From: Andalucia godoyi And28 | Taxonomy: Eukaryota > Protista > Jakobida | NCBI GenBank assembly: GCA_009859145.1 | Contig: VRVR01000002.1 | Span: forward strand, 161,274 to 225,273 | Reading direction: 5' to 3' | Length of the DNA stretch: 64,000 nt | In this document: positions 34,401 to 46,043 of the stretch, piece after piece | How the letters are laid out: each line of letters begins with the position of its first letter | How positions within the stretch are numbered: position 1 is the stretch's first letter | Notes under the pieces: model-generated | Seen by the model: only the letters and a program-made list of their open reading frames with translations | Database searches by the model: none | What the model was told of the DNA's origin: nothing | Translations under genes and position numbers: made by a program

Positions 34401-35892
34401 AACGTCGCTCGAGTTCTTTGATCACACACCGAAATTCATAGAAATCGTCATCAAACTGCTTTGACTCCACATCCAACAAGTCATAGGGAACGTGCTGAAA
34501 CTTCTCAAAAGCTTGTTGGAAATCATGATGAATCTGTTCAACAGACTGACTGAGGGTCTTTCCTTTCGTCCCACCGATTTCGATCTTTTCCAGCTTAGAA
34601 AACTGTACAACCGTCTCAAGAAGATCCAGGATGTCGTGGCATCGCTCTAGGAAATTATCAAGCCTTGAGAAGAGAGCGGTGTGTTGGATTCTCCAAGGAT
34701 TATTTGGAATCTCATTCGACACTCGTGTCTTGTAGTCAAAATAGCAATCCTTGAACGATCCACAAACCTTCAGCGTGAGCTTCAACCGTTCAACCGCCTC
34801 TGCAGCCTCGACCTTGAAAACTTCTTCAGTATTTACATACTCCCGAGCGTTCGCAATGATGGCGTTAGCGATTTCACGAATGACGACAACCAAGCGAGTT
34901 GGAGTGTTATAATACTTGGAATGCTTCCATACCAAGTACAAAAGATGAATCATCTTGCGAAAAGACGTGTGCAGTTCCGGGAACTCTATTCGCTCCGAAG
35001 ATTCCGTGCTAATCTTTTCAAACCAGATCTTGAGCGGTGCAAGAAAACTGAGATTGTCGTTTGCTTCATCCCGAGCACCTTCTACCTCTTTGACCAATCG
35101 TTGGAAAGGTGAAACGTATGTGGACTTTGCAACTTCGAGAATGTTCAAAATCTTTTGAATCTTATCTCCAGCGAGCTGTTCGAAGATCGCATTGAGATTC
35201 TCCGACTTTGTGGACCAGAATTCAAGTTCCTTGAGGGGGCCTGGATGATCAGACCCTTTCAAGGCCATTTCTGGATCCATCTTCAGCACATTCTTGATCT
35301 GGCGTGTCCACGTGACGACCGCGGATTCCAGAGCATGCACCTTCTCCTTGTCTTTGGACGCCGCCTCCTCTGCATAAGTATCTTCTGCTGGGAGAGGAAG
35401 AAGAGTGGTTCCGCGAATTTGACCAATCGTCACATAAATCGATGACATGAATCGCTGGAGCGTCTCCATCACTTCCTTTCCAATCACTTCCGGGACCGCC
35501 TCCAGGTTTGCCTTGTTCTTAAGCAACGGGAAATACACGTCATGTGCCAGGCGGGAAAGAGATTCGAGAGGTGTGGAGATATCAAAAACATACAGGTCCT
35601 TGTCAACTGTGTCAGCGGTCAACGAAACGGCCTTTGTACGCAAGAAGAACATTGCCTTCTTCTTGTACCCGGCAAGAGGCTCCAGAGAAGCCTGAAGACC
35701 CGTAGAACCGTTCGAAATGAACAAAAGAGGAAGTTCTGGCTTCTCCCAGAAAGAAGCAACAATGGCTTTGGACTCGTCATTCGTCAAAAGCTTTTTAACA
35801 TCCACTGGTTTGGCTTTCAGACCCGAAGTAATGCGCTCTTCCAACCATAGGAAGCGAGCGTCCGTGATCTCCTCAGAAGCGGCAGGAGGCAT
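22414..35892 (-). CDS. Axonemal outer-arm dynein beta heavy chain (DNAH9/11/17-like), intronless
   Basis: About 4490 aa. P-loops GPAGTGKT, GPGGAGKS, GTAGTGKT, GVGGSGKQ; C-terminus CPVYRTQDRGPTYVF..NLK...W.L.GVALL is typical of beta-type heavy chains. Confidence 0.93.
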   Translation of the reverse strand: MPPAASEEITDARFLWLEERITSGLKAKPVDVKKLLTNDESKAIVASFWEKPELPLLFISNGSTGLQASLEPLAGYKKKAMFFLRTKAVSLTADTVDKDLYVFDISTPLESLSRLAHDVYFPLLKNKANLEAVPEVIGKEVMETLQRFMSSIYVTIGQIRGTTLLPLPAEDTYAEEAASKDKEKVHALESAVVTWTRQIKNVLKMDPEMALKGSDHPGPLKELEFWSTKSENLNAIFEQLAGDKIQKILNILEVAKSTYVSPFQRLVKEVEGARDEANDNLSFLAPLKIWFEKISTESSERIEFPELHTSFRKMIHLLYLVWKHSKYYNTPTRLVVVIREIANAIIANAREYVNTEEVFKVEAAEAVERLKLTLKVCGSFKDCYFDYKTRVSNEIPNNPWRIQHTALFSRLDNFLERCHDILDLLETVVQFSKLEKIEIGGTKGKTLSQSVEQIHHDFQQAFEKFQHVPYDLLDVESKQFDDDFYEFRCVIKELERRLGSILSQGFDDCSTVFSAFKLVESFEGLLEREIIQADLEKKQTDLLRSYGTDLKHVQEIFGQNKETPPVYDNMPPTAGALIWCRGLLDRVVIPMEKFQQSNKSMLETDEARELLKSYEQITESLREYERAKYQEWSQEVGNVSAEKLKQYLLRRDKDSNLLYVNFDPALVRLLREVSYLEKINADRGDLEKLPIPKEALDIFKKAEVYRTQTGKLELIVNMYNGMLQSLLEVEKPLLETQMKTIDEQLQKGISSLNWKGYGIDDFIAAAMTNVRDANTTLSLLKNNVHEIEKILALWASQTMFERKEGDVYDPVKFETKHKELMASRESKIREGGVQIHQKLADSFKALKDIGKGSVSWKNYVDYANGIVVDGIRTTILSTLKYLRDQIDPESIVKNDLGPLLEVQLELVVQTPDDSGKDKSATFSPALFEADGATSIQNMCKTWMKTFCHIGVFLKRLDTGEDDYIPEINSSTEVQSLVKHVEGLVSTNAGKCSSFREQFLKFSFLWTSDVYESFEEFLSQGENGKDPRIGLFDEQIIKYEQIQSEIHKLPNTEDIGWLRIDAKPIKNALASTCGKWKASYTGYLADKVSNSLTDLRGFIELVDQNLNKEVQVGDMDTLLEVMGYIRDVRLRSEATDAMFDPLRDIVSMLKRHDVDVPEEKLKDLDNLPLLWNNLKKKTFSRREELSPLQDQEAKKVKDQMLGFNDKVSVFRSGFQQNAPFEFDVGVEQAYDSLDEQQLRLCDIEKDAKSLQNLQELFELNQSEYKELSQCRSDIVDLKGLWDFISLSMNQFSSWMSTSFKSVDVDYLVEETKKLMKDVKKFPSRVKFWGCYTGLEKSVANMLVALPLVQELRSPAMRDRHWKGLLRETKTPGSINPDDDSFSLKNLLDLGLHRFEVEVLDIVDRAKKELGIEKNLKKIEETWVGMVLAYEHDEALKTYKVADVGEIVEVLEDNQVMLQNMQANKFVEYFDSEVKKWLRTLGMVMDVITLWTEVQRSWSNLYPIFILSADIREQLPNDSKRFSGTDAVFRQMMEVAKDVSNVVEVCTHDTVRHGMKRQDDMYSILSEMQGDLEKCEKALSDYLETKRRAFPRFYFVSSSDLVDILSKGSTPHLIMKHMSKLIDSVDTLDFRMDGEQPTKIAYNMISKEGEEVPLAEDFNCEGAVEDWLTGLIKAVADTLRAQMGDAYSSFSDLSREQFLRAFPAQLAVVAARIWWTFEVNKAFERLEEGDENAMKEYNKAQVEMLNNLADVVAMDLDGNMRRKVITLITVEVHARDVVTKLVESKVDSPAVFDWQSQLRYTWSDEKGCVINIADAVFYYNYEYIGNCGCLVITPLTDRCYITLTQALRLIMGGAPAGPAGTGKTETTKDLARALGNACYVFNCSEQMDYRSLGNIFKGLCMTGAWGCFDEFNRIPIEVLSVVATQFKSILDALSAKKTGFVFQGEDITLISTVGVFITMNPGYKGRTELPENLKALFRPCAMVVPDLENICEIMLASEGFKGAKGLAKKFVTLYMLNRELLSKQDHYDWGLRAIKSVLVIAGSLKRAEPSLSEELILMRALRDTNMAKLARDDIEIFKGLISDLFPNMDLPPKVDPDLEKAVREATEGSRLQPGENDMFILKAIQLKELLDVRHSVFVLGPGGAGKSAVWKTLAKALTLRGQRTQFQVLDPKAITSDELYGYIHKVTREWKDGILSVVMRNFADASKANKNPKWIVLDGDIDPEWIESMNTVMDDNKVLTLASNERIPLTPSMRMLFEISHLKNATPATVSRAGILFLNETDVGWEPFKDSWIEGREEKERGILDTLFSTYVTPILRWIRVSGRHIIPRSTFNMIQTLCRMLEGLLKKAGINYEAGKDVYEMYFVYACVWSFGGALDADNQTDFRLSFSNWFKKEFAAVKYPDAGTVFDYFVEQVGGQPKLSAWVDQVSKYVHNSDVSFGNIVVQTVDTVRLTALMNMLQDMQYPVMFIGTAGTGKTTIVKEKLNNLNDDYCSCTINFNSNSRSIAVQSIMESMLEKKAGIQYGPPGRKRLIFYVDDLNMPNPDKYGTQSAISFLRQHMDYGFWYDRGKIQKKEVTGCQYITSMNPKAGSFTVDDRFQRHFAMFSCFSPSTENLKTIYFQILDAHLQNGFSDEVCKLSEKVVDCCIDLHTKVARNFLPTAIKFHYQFNLRELSNIFQGILRSRSSHYAEPQMFMRLVVHECTRVYNDRLVEASDTSRFQELLRESSKKFFDDQNQDELLKEPIVFTSFIQKGISEDDRIYVPVKDFPTLRRVLNEKLREYNETYAVMDLELFEQALEHVCRITRIIDNPRGNALLVGVGGSGKQSLSRLAAFICGYETFQITVTSNYGINEFKLDLIELYKKTGLKGLPYVFLMTDGQIVEENMLVYLNDLLSSGYIPDMFTPEEKDGIIGSISNEVKQAGLDYNNKDVCFGYFIDKVRRNLHVVLCFSPIGDQFRVRCRQFPALTNCTAIDWFHAWPREALVSVAGRFLQNIELPSDELRDSIAHHMAFVHQSVGTASEDYRATERRYNYVTPKSFLELISLYGDLLSKKRSELTQKIERLETGLAKLRDAASQVADLQEKLKAEQVIVEEKRRDTEQILVDVGRERNIVEEQTAQARVEEEKTNTLVSEVDAFKKECEADLAKAEPIVQEALAALNTLDKKSLTELKSFTKPADEVVNVTAAVMILLTEPGKPIPKDLSWNSAKKMMAQVDGFLKSLIEYDKEHIPQQNVDAVAKFVDMEGFTGDQIRSKSFAAAGLCEWVRNIVKFHFVNLDVEPKRQKLAAAEAKLDASQSFLRKVQDQVAKLQAKLDALLAKYEAARQEKMMIEERAAKTQQKLNLAERLVNGLADENVRWAASIQDLKASETTLIGNVLVAAGFLSYIGPFSRRFRESLMKEKWIPDMQSREIPFTPAIDPLYGVLTDEAEVAGWNNEFLPSDRISVENGAIVKNAKRWPLLIDPQLQGVKWIKTREEKNNLRIVQLTQDKYLNQIEAALQAGEPVLIENLGETIDAVLEPVLSRSIIRKGRSAYIKLGDKEVEYDDKFKLYLQTKMSNPHYRPEIAAQTTLINFMVTEEGLEDQLLAVVVNKEKPELEEQRVKLLRDMNQFKIELKRCEDNLLFELSNAKGEILENTALIENLENTKKTAKNIQESVAKAQITSKEISESRELYRPAAVRGSLMFFQIDQLTAIDHMYQYSLGSFMTVFVKALNRAPAAEDLPTRVLSIMDTVTESLFSFVSRGLFERHKLIFATMLCFRISAKSGELDPTHLNFLLRGSRKAGAAEAPESVRDIVTDSQWASIQALSEIEGTDPPFSKLPGDLEGSSRRWKEWCETEKPETEKLPLEYKNLSTFQRLLILRCLRPDRMTMAVRLYVGEAMGKKYVEIPQIPLSASFEDSSPVIPIFFILSPGVDPVKEVERLGKNLGYSADNGKIANVSLGQGQESVAMRELEKAYKNGTWVILNNIHLMSKWLIELDKKVEILMGSYEKGDGEGHADFRLFLSAEPSPKIPMGILQRSIKLTNEPPQGVKANMTRAFLAFSEEIWENSSKQAEFKTVIFSLCFFHAVMVERKKFGAQGWNRNYPFSLGDLTTCINVLNNYLEDRPKIPWQDLRYVFGEIMYGGHITDDWDRRLCSSYLRSYVKEELFEGMELFPQFPVPPGTLSYAEYLEFVDTQLPGESPMAFGLHPNAEIGFLTAQGDNMLRTILELQPRSAAGEGAQSVEERTKMLLDDILERIPEELYNLKELSERLEEERSPFQVVFYQECERMNILMLQIRRTLLELDLGLKGDLTISDKMEQLMNALYDDKVPASWEAVAYPSLRPLGSWLVNLLQRNTQLSDWTSDLQIPKVVWLSGFFNPQSYLTAIMQVTARKNAWPLDRMTLATEVTKKRLDEIDGAAREGAFVRGLFIEGARWDLQAGVLEESKLKELCPEMPIMLIKAIPVEKADFKDYYLCPVYRTQDRGPTYVFACNLKSKANPLQWVLRGVALLLDYVG

Positions 35893-36352
35893 TGCGTGTA
35901 CACACACAGACGGAAAACAAGCTGGAAGAAAGACAGGATAAAAAGTAATTGCCTAAGAAAAGATGAATGCAAAAATAAAAATAATAAAAATAATGATAAT
36001 AATGATTATAGTAAAATAAAAAATACCGAAAGTGGTGGTAATAAAAATATGCAAAAAAATATATATATATACATATGAAACGATCTGGCAAAAGCCTTTC
36101 TGCAGAGGGACGATGAAATTTTCCAACGATTGCAAAAAGGACCATCTCTTTAGGTCTTACACACTGTCATCCTGCCCCGAACGCGGTTTGTTCTTACACA
36201 TCTACGTCGGTTGCTATACATTGTAATTCGTAGGTAACGGCCTGCCGGATGTCGGGGAACGCGGATGACCAGTGACGACGAATTTGGCGCAACAACGCAC
36301 ACATAAAATAAAAACAAAACTAGGCTCTAACGTTTTATGATGACTCACTCAG

Positions 36353-38307
<1,955 letters not shown>

Positions 38308-38450
38308 TCACATGAGTCCAGTCTGTGTATTTTCCTTTTCTACATTTGTTTTTTCAATACATTTTTATTTTAAATTCTTTCTTCTATTCTTCTTCTTTCT
38401 GTTTTCTGTCTGTTATGTTGTTGCGATTGAAATTGGAATGAAAGGAACGG

Positions 38451-40865
38451 ATGAGCGAACCATTCCATCGAAAGCGGGCTTTTGCACAGGATGACGAGGA
38501 CCAGAAGAAAAATGAATGTCGCGAAGACATTGAAAAGAACAGGAAAGAGTCTCGAAGACGATATCTTGAAGAGCGCGAAAAGAAACTGCTGCGGGAACTC
38601 AGGGAATCCGTGGAAGATGAGCTTGCGCTGTTTGATCCGTCTGAGCTGTCTGTGGCGGAGCGATTGGAGCTGGAAAAGAAGCAGCAGATTCTCCGAATTG
38701 TAGAATCAAAGAGGAGCTTGTCTGGACTTCGAGAACAGAATTCGGATGATGATGCGCGGGAATTTGAGGAGCGATACAGCTTGTTGGTCGATCCCAGCCG
38801 ACACAAGGTCTTGTTTTCTGCCCATTCTTCCGAGGTGCTTCCCGGGCGTAAGGACCCTAACTATGTCCCACCTCCGCCAAAGTCCTTCGTCATCAAGAAA
38901 GAGCGAGAGCGACTGCCAATCTTTCAGTTTCGAACACAACTGATGGATGCCATCAGAGAGAATCAAATCGTCATTGTGATTGGAGAGACAGGCTCTGGAA
39001 AGACCACACAACTTACTCAGTACTTGTATGAAGACGGATACTGCGCGAATGGTCAAAAAATTGGCTGTACGCAACCACGAAGAGTGGCAGCCATGTCGGT
39101 GGCGTCTCGGGTCTCGTATGAGTTGGGAAAACGGGTGGGAACGCTCTGCGGCTATTCTGTTCGTTTTGAAGACTGTTCCTCTGCCGATACGAGGATCAAG
39201 TACATGACCGATGGCATGTTGCTGCGTGAGTTTCTCCGTGAGCCCGAACTGTCGTCGTACAGCGTCCTCGTCGTAGACGAAGCACACGAGCGGTCTCTAC
39301 ACACTGATGTCGTTCTTGGACTAGTCAAGGAAGTGTGCAATCATCGGAAGGATTTGAAGCTGATCATCTCCTCTGCCACGCTGGAGGCGGAAAAGTTCAG
39401 CTCGTTCTTCGGAGGTGCACCGACGTTATTTGTTCCGGGTCGCCGGTTTCCTGTCCAAATCAAGTATACGGTTCAACCTGAACCAGACTATCTGCTTGCT
39501 GCTGTTGTGACTGCTCTACAGGTCCATATTTCGCAGCCTGCAGTGGATGCAGATGCTGGAGTGATGGGAGATATTTTGATCTTCCTCACGGGTCAAGACG
39601 AGATCGAGCGTGCGGAAGAATTGCTGAAGGAAAGGATCAGGGGACTTGAGCAGCGGATGCCCGACCTGCTGATATGTCCGATTTACTCCGCGCTCCCCTC
39701 TGATCAGCAGCAAAAAATATTTCTTCCTACACCTCCAAAAACAAGGAAGGTCGTAATTGCCACAAACATCGCGGAAACATCGCTGACCATCGAAGGGATT
39801 GTGTACGTCATTGATTGCGGCTTTGCGAAAGTGAATTTCTTCAATGCCAAATCGAACGTGGAGCAGCTGCAAATCGTCCCGATTTCAAAAGCAAACGCCG
39901 AGCAACGCGCTGGCAGAGCAGGACGAACCCGCCCAGGAACGTGTTTCCGATTATACACTTCATGGGCCTTCCAGAACGAAATGGAGGATTCGAATATTCC
40001 AGAGATCCAGAGATCTAACTTGTCAAGTGTCGTGCTCTTGCTCAAATCTCTCGGAATCGATGACATTGTCAATTTTCCTTTTCTGGATCCGCCGCCGACA
40101 GCGTCGCTAATGTCGGCGCTTGAGCACCTGTATGCCCTCGGTGCGTTGACGGAATCCGGAGCATTGTCGACAATTGGATTCCGAATGTCGGAATTTCCGT
40201 TGGAGCCTCAGCTTGCACGAATGATTATCGCTTCTGAGAAGTTTGGAGTTGTGGATGAAGTTGTCGTTTGCGCTGCAATGCTGTCTGTAGGGCACAATCT
40301 TTTTTATAAGCCAAAGGGAAAAGAGGAGGCTGCGGAAAAAGCGAGGCTGGGATTTGTTGAATCTCGGGCGTTGGGAGATCACGTCCTGCTTGTGAACCTT
40401 TTCAATGCATGGGCAGCGTCGGAATTTTCTCCCCAGTTTTGCTTTGAGCGCTTCGTGCAGCTCCGCTCCATGAAACGCGCACGAGATGTGCGTGATCAGC
40501 TGTCAGCGATGCTGGATCGCGTCCGCGTCCAACGATCTTCCAATCCGCTCGACCATGAATCGATCCGGAAATCTGTTTGCTGTGGGTTCTTCTTCAATGT
40601 TGCAGCATTGCGAACCAGCGGTGATTACAAATTATTGAAAGGTTCCGTGGTTGTTCATATTCATCCGAGCAGCATCATGAACGGAGAATTTCCGAAATGC
40701 GTGATGTTCCATGAACTCGTGCTGACGTCCAAGGAGTACATGCGACACGTCTGTGAAATTGACCCTGCGTGGTTGTCGTCGATTGCACCCCATTATTATT
40801 CATCGCAGGATTTGAAGTATCTGACGGAGAAGAAGCCGTTGACCGGCAAGGCTGGCAGAAGATAG
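38451..40865 (+). CDS. DHX16: Pre-mRNA splicing DEAH-box helicase Prp2/DHX16-like
   Basis: GETGSGKTTQ, CTQPRRVAAMSVA, DEAHER, SAT, QRAGRAGR, HA2 and OB regions. The N-terminal RRRYLEEREKKLL...ELALF segment resembles DHX16. Confidence 0.85.
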   Translation: MSEPFHRKRAFAQDDEDQKKNECREDIEKNRKESRRRYLEEREKKLLRELRESVEDELALFDPSELSVAERLELEKKQQILRIVESKRSLSGLREQNSDDDAREFEERYSLLVDPSRHKVLFSAHSSEVLPGRKDPNYVPPPPKSFVIKKERERLPIFQFRTQLMDAIRENQIVIVIGETGSGKTTQLTQYLYEDGYCANGQKIGCTQPRRVAAMSVASRVSYELGKRVGTLCGYSVRFEDCSSADTRIKYMTDGMLLREFLREPELSSYSVLVVDEAHERSLHTDVVLGLVKEVCNHRKDLKLIISSATLEAEKFSSFFGGAPTLFVPGRRFPVQIKYTVQPEPDYLLAAVVTALQVHISQPAVDADAGVMGDILIFLTGQDEIERAEELLKERIRGLEQRMPDLLICPIYSALPSDQQQKIFLPTPPKTRKVVIATNIAETSLTIEGIVYVIDCGFAKVNFFNAKSNVEQLQIVPISKANAEQRAGRAGRTRPGTCFRLYTSWAFQNEMEDSNIPEIQRSNLSSVVLLLKSLGIDDIVNFPFLDPPPTASLMSALEHLYALGALTESGALSTIGFRMSEFPLEPQLARMIIASEKFGVVDEVVVCAAMLSVGHNLFYKPKGKEEAAEKARLGFVESRALGDHVLLVNLFNAWAASEFSPQFCFERFVQLRSMKRARDVRDQLSAMLDRVRVQRSSNPLDHESIRKSVCCGFFFNVAALRTSGDYKLLKGSVVVHIHPSSIMNGEFPKCVMFHELVLTSKEYMRHVCEIDPAWLSSIAPHYYSSQDLKYLTEKKPLTGKAGRR

Positions 40866-40937
40866 TTTGACGACATTCACTGTTGCGTTGTGCTGTTTGG
40901 CAAGTGTTTTTATGTAAAGGCCAGGCAGTAAGAAGGC

Positions 40938-42687
40938 TCAATTCTCTTCGTCGTGGAAAACTCCGGACTGCGAGGCGGATCTTGAAGCGACAGGGGAAAC
41001 TTTTGGTGTTGGCCATGTATCGATGCCGGCTTTTCTGGCTTGGACTTTAGAACGAAGTCCTCCAGGAACTGCATTCTCAACAACGCGAACGTTGGCTTTC
41101 AAATTCTTTTGCGCATCGTCCTTGTACGCAATGGTCGCAAAAACGGAAACGTGAATAATGTGCGTAGCGGTGACAACCTTTAGATCTTCCGCAATGTCCC
41201 CCACGCCACCTGCGGAAATTTCCACGTCGACTTGCCGTGACATGCCAGGTGCCAAAGGCCCAGGAGAGTAAATAACATCAATATCTCTGCTTCTTGGTTT
41301 GGCGACTCGAAATCGGCCTACCTCATTGCCAACATTGGAGAGTTGGAACGACATCCGATAGACTCGGCCTTCGGGAACAGTGCCAAACCGCAACTCTGGA
41401 GGCCGCGCAATGATGTTCGACAAACCTTTGCCGGCGAGGGTGGTAGATGCCGTTGTCACAGATCGCTGCGTGTTGTCTTGCTTCGCATTCAATTCAGACG
41501 CCGCGACATTGCGTTTCAAGGAGTTCACTGCAGGCAGCGGAACCGGCCTGCCTGAAACCAGAGAGCTCCGGAGTGTTTTCCTTTGAAGAGGATTTGTGGA
41601 AACGAATCCACCGGTCTGCGAATGACGAGGTTCCTTGACTTGGAACTCTCCGGTGCTCCCTGCGTCGCCGTGAAAGACAACGTCTTCTTCGTCGTCGTCT
41701 CGTGCTCCGCCTTCAGGAACAGCGTTCTTGGATGAGCTCCCTTCATATCGATGACGACGAAAGTCTCCAACCATTCCATCTGACACACTTGCCAGGACCT
41801 GGGTCGACTCACTGAAAGCGCCTTCATCCACGAGATCCTCTTCCGGAATTGCGCGACCCGTCTTTGGATCGATCATCATCTGGTTAATATCCGCCAACGC
41901 ATCTTGTCCAGCTGGTACTTTCCAATAATTGTCGGATTGGGGGATCTCGTCACGCAGCGTATTTCTCGGAGGTCTCGCAGGCCTTGTTGAAACAGCAGAA
42001 GACGCGGCATCCGCCACGACAGGCTCGGCAGTTGAAGTCGACCCAGGATCCAAGAGGTCACCAGCAGCAATGCGGTCGTCCATGTCGTTTAAATGGCTAA
42101 TACCGGCAACACCCTTGGAAGCCTTCCGATGCAAAGCGTCGAGTAAACGACGTTGAAATCCTGCGTCGTCGGCCGTCCCGTTGTCTGACGAGGGAACAAT
42201 GCTCTTGTTAAACTCGGCCCGTCTCGCCGTCCATTGAGTCCACTTATCAAAGACAGGGAGCACCGAGAACAGCGATCTTTCGATGCGAAGAAACTGGCGG
42301 GTGTACAGCGTCCCCCGAGCCCTGGAAGGCTCCAGCGGGCCTGGAATAACAGGGATAACAGCACGAGGGATCTGCAAATCTGCTTTGGAATTGGAGGAGC
42401 CACGACTGGGTCCTCGATACTTCAGGATCGTAATGGCTGTGGAAGAAGGGTCATCTGCTACAGGCTCTTGCACCAGAGAAATCTCAAATTCATCATTTGA
42501 AATGGAATTTGAAGCACCTGATGTTTCCGATTCTTGTGCACGATCCCAGACAACGCGTTCCACGTCACTGAGAACATGACCCACGGATCTGGGCGACCAT
42601 AGCTGGAAACCAGATCCGTCACGGTTAAAAACAAAAACACAAGAATCGTGAGTCTGCTCCGCAACAGACGGAATGAAGGCTACCTTC

Positions 42688-42721
<34 letters not shown>

Positions 42722-45644
42722 TGTCCTCTTCTGCACCTTGATGATCGGTTTTCTGCTGCGTATTCTCTGCAGCCGGAGGGTTCGCGTTACCAGGCATGGG
42801 CGAAAGTGAAATATCCACGTCCTCGAATTCGGATTCGGCTTTCAACGGAATTCCGTATTCAGGGTCGGATGAAAGTCGAACAAAACCTTCTCCAGAAGAT
42901 GCCACGGTGTAGCGATGCCCCGAGGCATCGTTCACACGGAGACCACCACGGTTCATGTTGAAAGAATACTCAAGATCCGATGGGGATAGCGCTACAGAAT
43001 GGCAACTGACGGTAGCTCGCAAGCTCCTGATCGTTACCGTACCGCTCATGACAGTGCCAACTCCCCGAACAGCGATGGTCTGCACTCCGATGTTGACCTC
43101 CGTTGTCGGCAAGCCCTCCTTTTCGACATGAAGGATTCCGGTAGAGCTGTACAGCCACGTTCTGGTTCCATCAGCGTATTGCCGCATCACAACACTTGCG
43201 GAAGGATACTCAACAAACATTGTCAGATCCTCTCGTGAGTACACAATAGACGAGGTCTCGATGTCGAGGTTCTGCGCCACATCCAACGACGAAAGGGATT
43301 CGGATTTCACAACAAGTTTCTCTTCGACCGGCGGATCTGACGAACCCCCTTGTGCTGAGTCGGTAGCGGAAACTTGGTCGCGAGAAACTTGGACGGGTAC
43401 CTCGGTGCGACGAACTCTTGATCCCGTTGCACTTGTGAGGATCCACTCATTGCAACTGGCTCCACGAGAGAGCAGTATGGAACCGTCGGGAAGATACGCT
43501 TTCCGAGAGCCATCCCTGTTTTGAACCACTATACGACCATCGGAAAATATGGTTCGTGCTTCCTCAGCCCTCTGCGTGACATCAGAAAACCACAGGGTCA
43601 CAGAACCAGCTGAAGACAGCGATGCATGATATCCTTTCTTCATATCCGAATAGCACAGTTCGTGATGCACTGGATGCGATTCAGCAGACTCGGTAGCAGA
43701 AAATCGCCGAGCTTCCACAAACGTGTCGTCTTCAAATGACACCAACAATGCAACATCATTCGTCGAAAACAGGTCCGCATCTCGCGGAACGTACTTCTTG
43801 GGACGAGCCATCTGTGAACTCGCATTGTCAATGCTGGATCTCGAAATCAATTGACGAGCCACTACCCCCGCCGGGAACACTACAGAAACATTGCTGCGCA
43901 ATCCATCCGTGGTCGACAATACGCGAATCAACGAACCATCGGAAGGATATAGAATCGACAACCGAGTGCTGATTTCCGCAGCAACAGAAGAGGCAACAAA
44001 ATACTCAGAGCCTCCAGTGCCCGAGAAGCCCGTCAGCCGAATTCGAGGCACAGAAGGAGCAGTACCCTCATCGTACTCATCTCCGACCGTTTCCTCGGCC
44101 TTGTTGTTCCTTTCCTCCGTCCAATCACGGAAAAACGGGTATGATTTGAGCGGAATGCTTAAGCTGCATGATGACATGCGGGAATTTGGGACTTCAACGT
44201 TTAGCAGAAGGATCATCTGGTCCAAAATCGGATTGTACGACACGACTTCAGTCGAGGCAAACAGCAGCTTTGCACGAGCGGCGGCAATCGCGTCCCGTAG
44301 CCCCCCGACAGACAGGTACTCTACAACGGAATGCGAAAACAGCTGATGAAGACCGTGCGAAAATCCTTGTTTCGCCGCCGCCTGATGCGCCAACGAGAGA
44401 GCCAAAGCGACTTGCAGCTGAACAGGAGTCATTGAATCTGGAAGGAAAGAGCGGAATTCCGTAAGAACCGATGAAGGAGGAGGAGAGGATGGGAAGGAAG
44501 GAGGAGAAAATTGCAAGGGATAGCTTGCAAAGAGCTCGTTTTCCAGAGATGTATGTTGTTCCCCAGGCCAGACTGCGATTCGTCGCCCCTTGCTTCCGGA
44601 AGCTCGCGAAGCACCAGCACTGCTTGGTGAGCCAGCAGACACGCTTCCTACAACGGACAGCTTTGAATTCATTGTCAGATCGAAAAATGATGAAATCAGT
44701 TCACTGGGCGTATCTTCGGCAATCTGCTCCATCTCCAACACGCGCAGCAAGGAGTCCACAACTGCAACAATCGGCTCCTCCGCAGACCGGCTCAAAGTTT
44801 GACGATATCTTTCCATGACCAAATCCGACGGAGACACAAAATCTGGGACCGTGACGATTCTTGTGGTGCTGAGGAATTTTGCGTATCGTGCCTTTGCATC
44901 GATGACGTCCTCGACTGCAGACCGTATCCCTGCTGTATCCTTGGGCTGGAAATGCTGGATGATCACATGTCGCAGCTTTTCACTGTCTCCCGTCTTTTCA
45001 AATTCTGCAATTGACTTGTACGGCTCCAGTGTGGCTGACTGCGCGCTGTCTTCTGGGTCTGCAACCGCCAGCATATCAACCCGCAACACCGATCCATTCA
45101 ACGCATACAGTAATCCAGCTGCGTTTGAAAACAGCTGCTTCAAATAGATGACAAAATCCAGCTGGAAGATCTGATCGGCCTCCTCCTCTTCTTTTTGGTC
45201 TACTGCATCTGCATCTGCCTCTGCCTCTGCCTCTGCCTCTGTCTCTGCATCTGCCTCTGCTTCCAGTCTTTCCCGCTCAAGCTTCTCGCGCTCTAACCTG
45301 GCCTCCTCTTCGAACTGGCACTGCTTGGAAGCAACGAACAGCACAAGTGCATTGTAGACATCCTTTGCATGAACATCCAAAGCATCGAACGCAACAGGTG
45401 GATGGACACCTGGATTGGCGGCAAGAAACGCGCTAAGCACAGATCGATCAACAACAATCTGTGACTTTTCGGTTGCGCTGAAAGAATGCTGGAAATCGGT
45501 GCCCACGACACTGAAAACCGCACAGCGAAGTTGCTTCACCACAGCTTCCGCAGATGAAAGACGTGATTGCTGGTCCTCATTCAGAACACAAGCCGGAGTT
45601 GGCGGCGGTGCCTCCGGTTCTTTCGGAACGTTCTTTGGGGGCAT
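40938..45644 (-). CDS. SPAG17/PF6-like central-pair-associated protein with C-terminal PapD-like (ASH) domain
   Basis: 1568 aa. Repeated beta-hairpin motifs (IFSDGRIVVQNRDGSRKAYLPDGS; MRQYADGT) and PPELRFGTV...F.LSNVG....RFRV...YSPGPLAPGM....VEI, as in SPAG17. Confidence 0.6.
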
Positions 45645-46043
45645 CGCGAAACACGCTTGTTATTATTATTATTTTTTTTCTCTGACCTTTTCTTTGTTTA
45701 TAAAAGATTAGTCAGTGATGGTGGCACTGATGATGAGAGTAGTGATGATGACCTGGTTTTTTACAAAAACGAAAATATTAATTGCAACAGCAGAAACAAA
45801 GAGAAAAAAAGACGTCGATGACGAAGAAATGGAAACGGGAAATCCACACAAGCTGGCGAAAGGCCCTTCAAACGGCCGGGCATTTTTTACAGCCGCTGGA
45901 CAGGACCCTCGGTCGTGTCCGTCTGTAGCAAAGTGAATGAGAGGGGTGGCTCTTGTGGCTCTTGCGCCTTTTGGAACGTTTCGACCGTCGTCATGACGAG
46001 ATGGGAAGGAGTGGGGAATCAGCGATAGATCCACAAAACAGGA

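Noticed and set aside
22553-35850. Many 100-360 aa plus-strand ORFs opposite the dynein gene (and opposite ACC, SPAG17-like, STI1)
   Set aside because: Antisense shadow ORFs from codon bias; no recognisable motifs.
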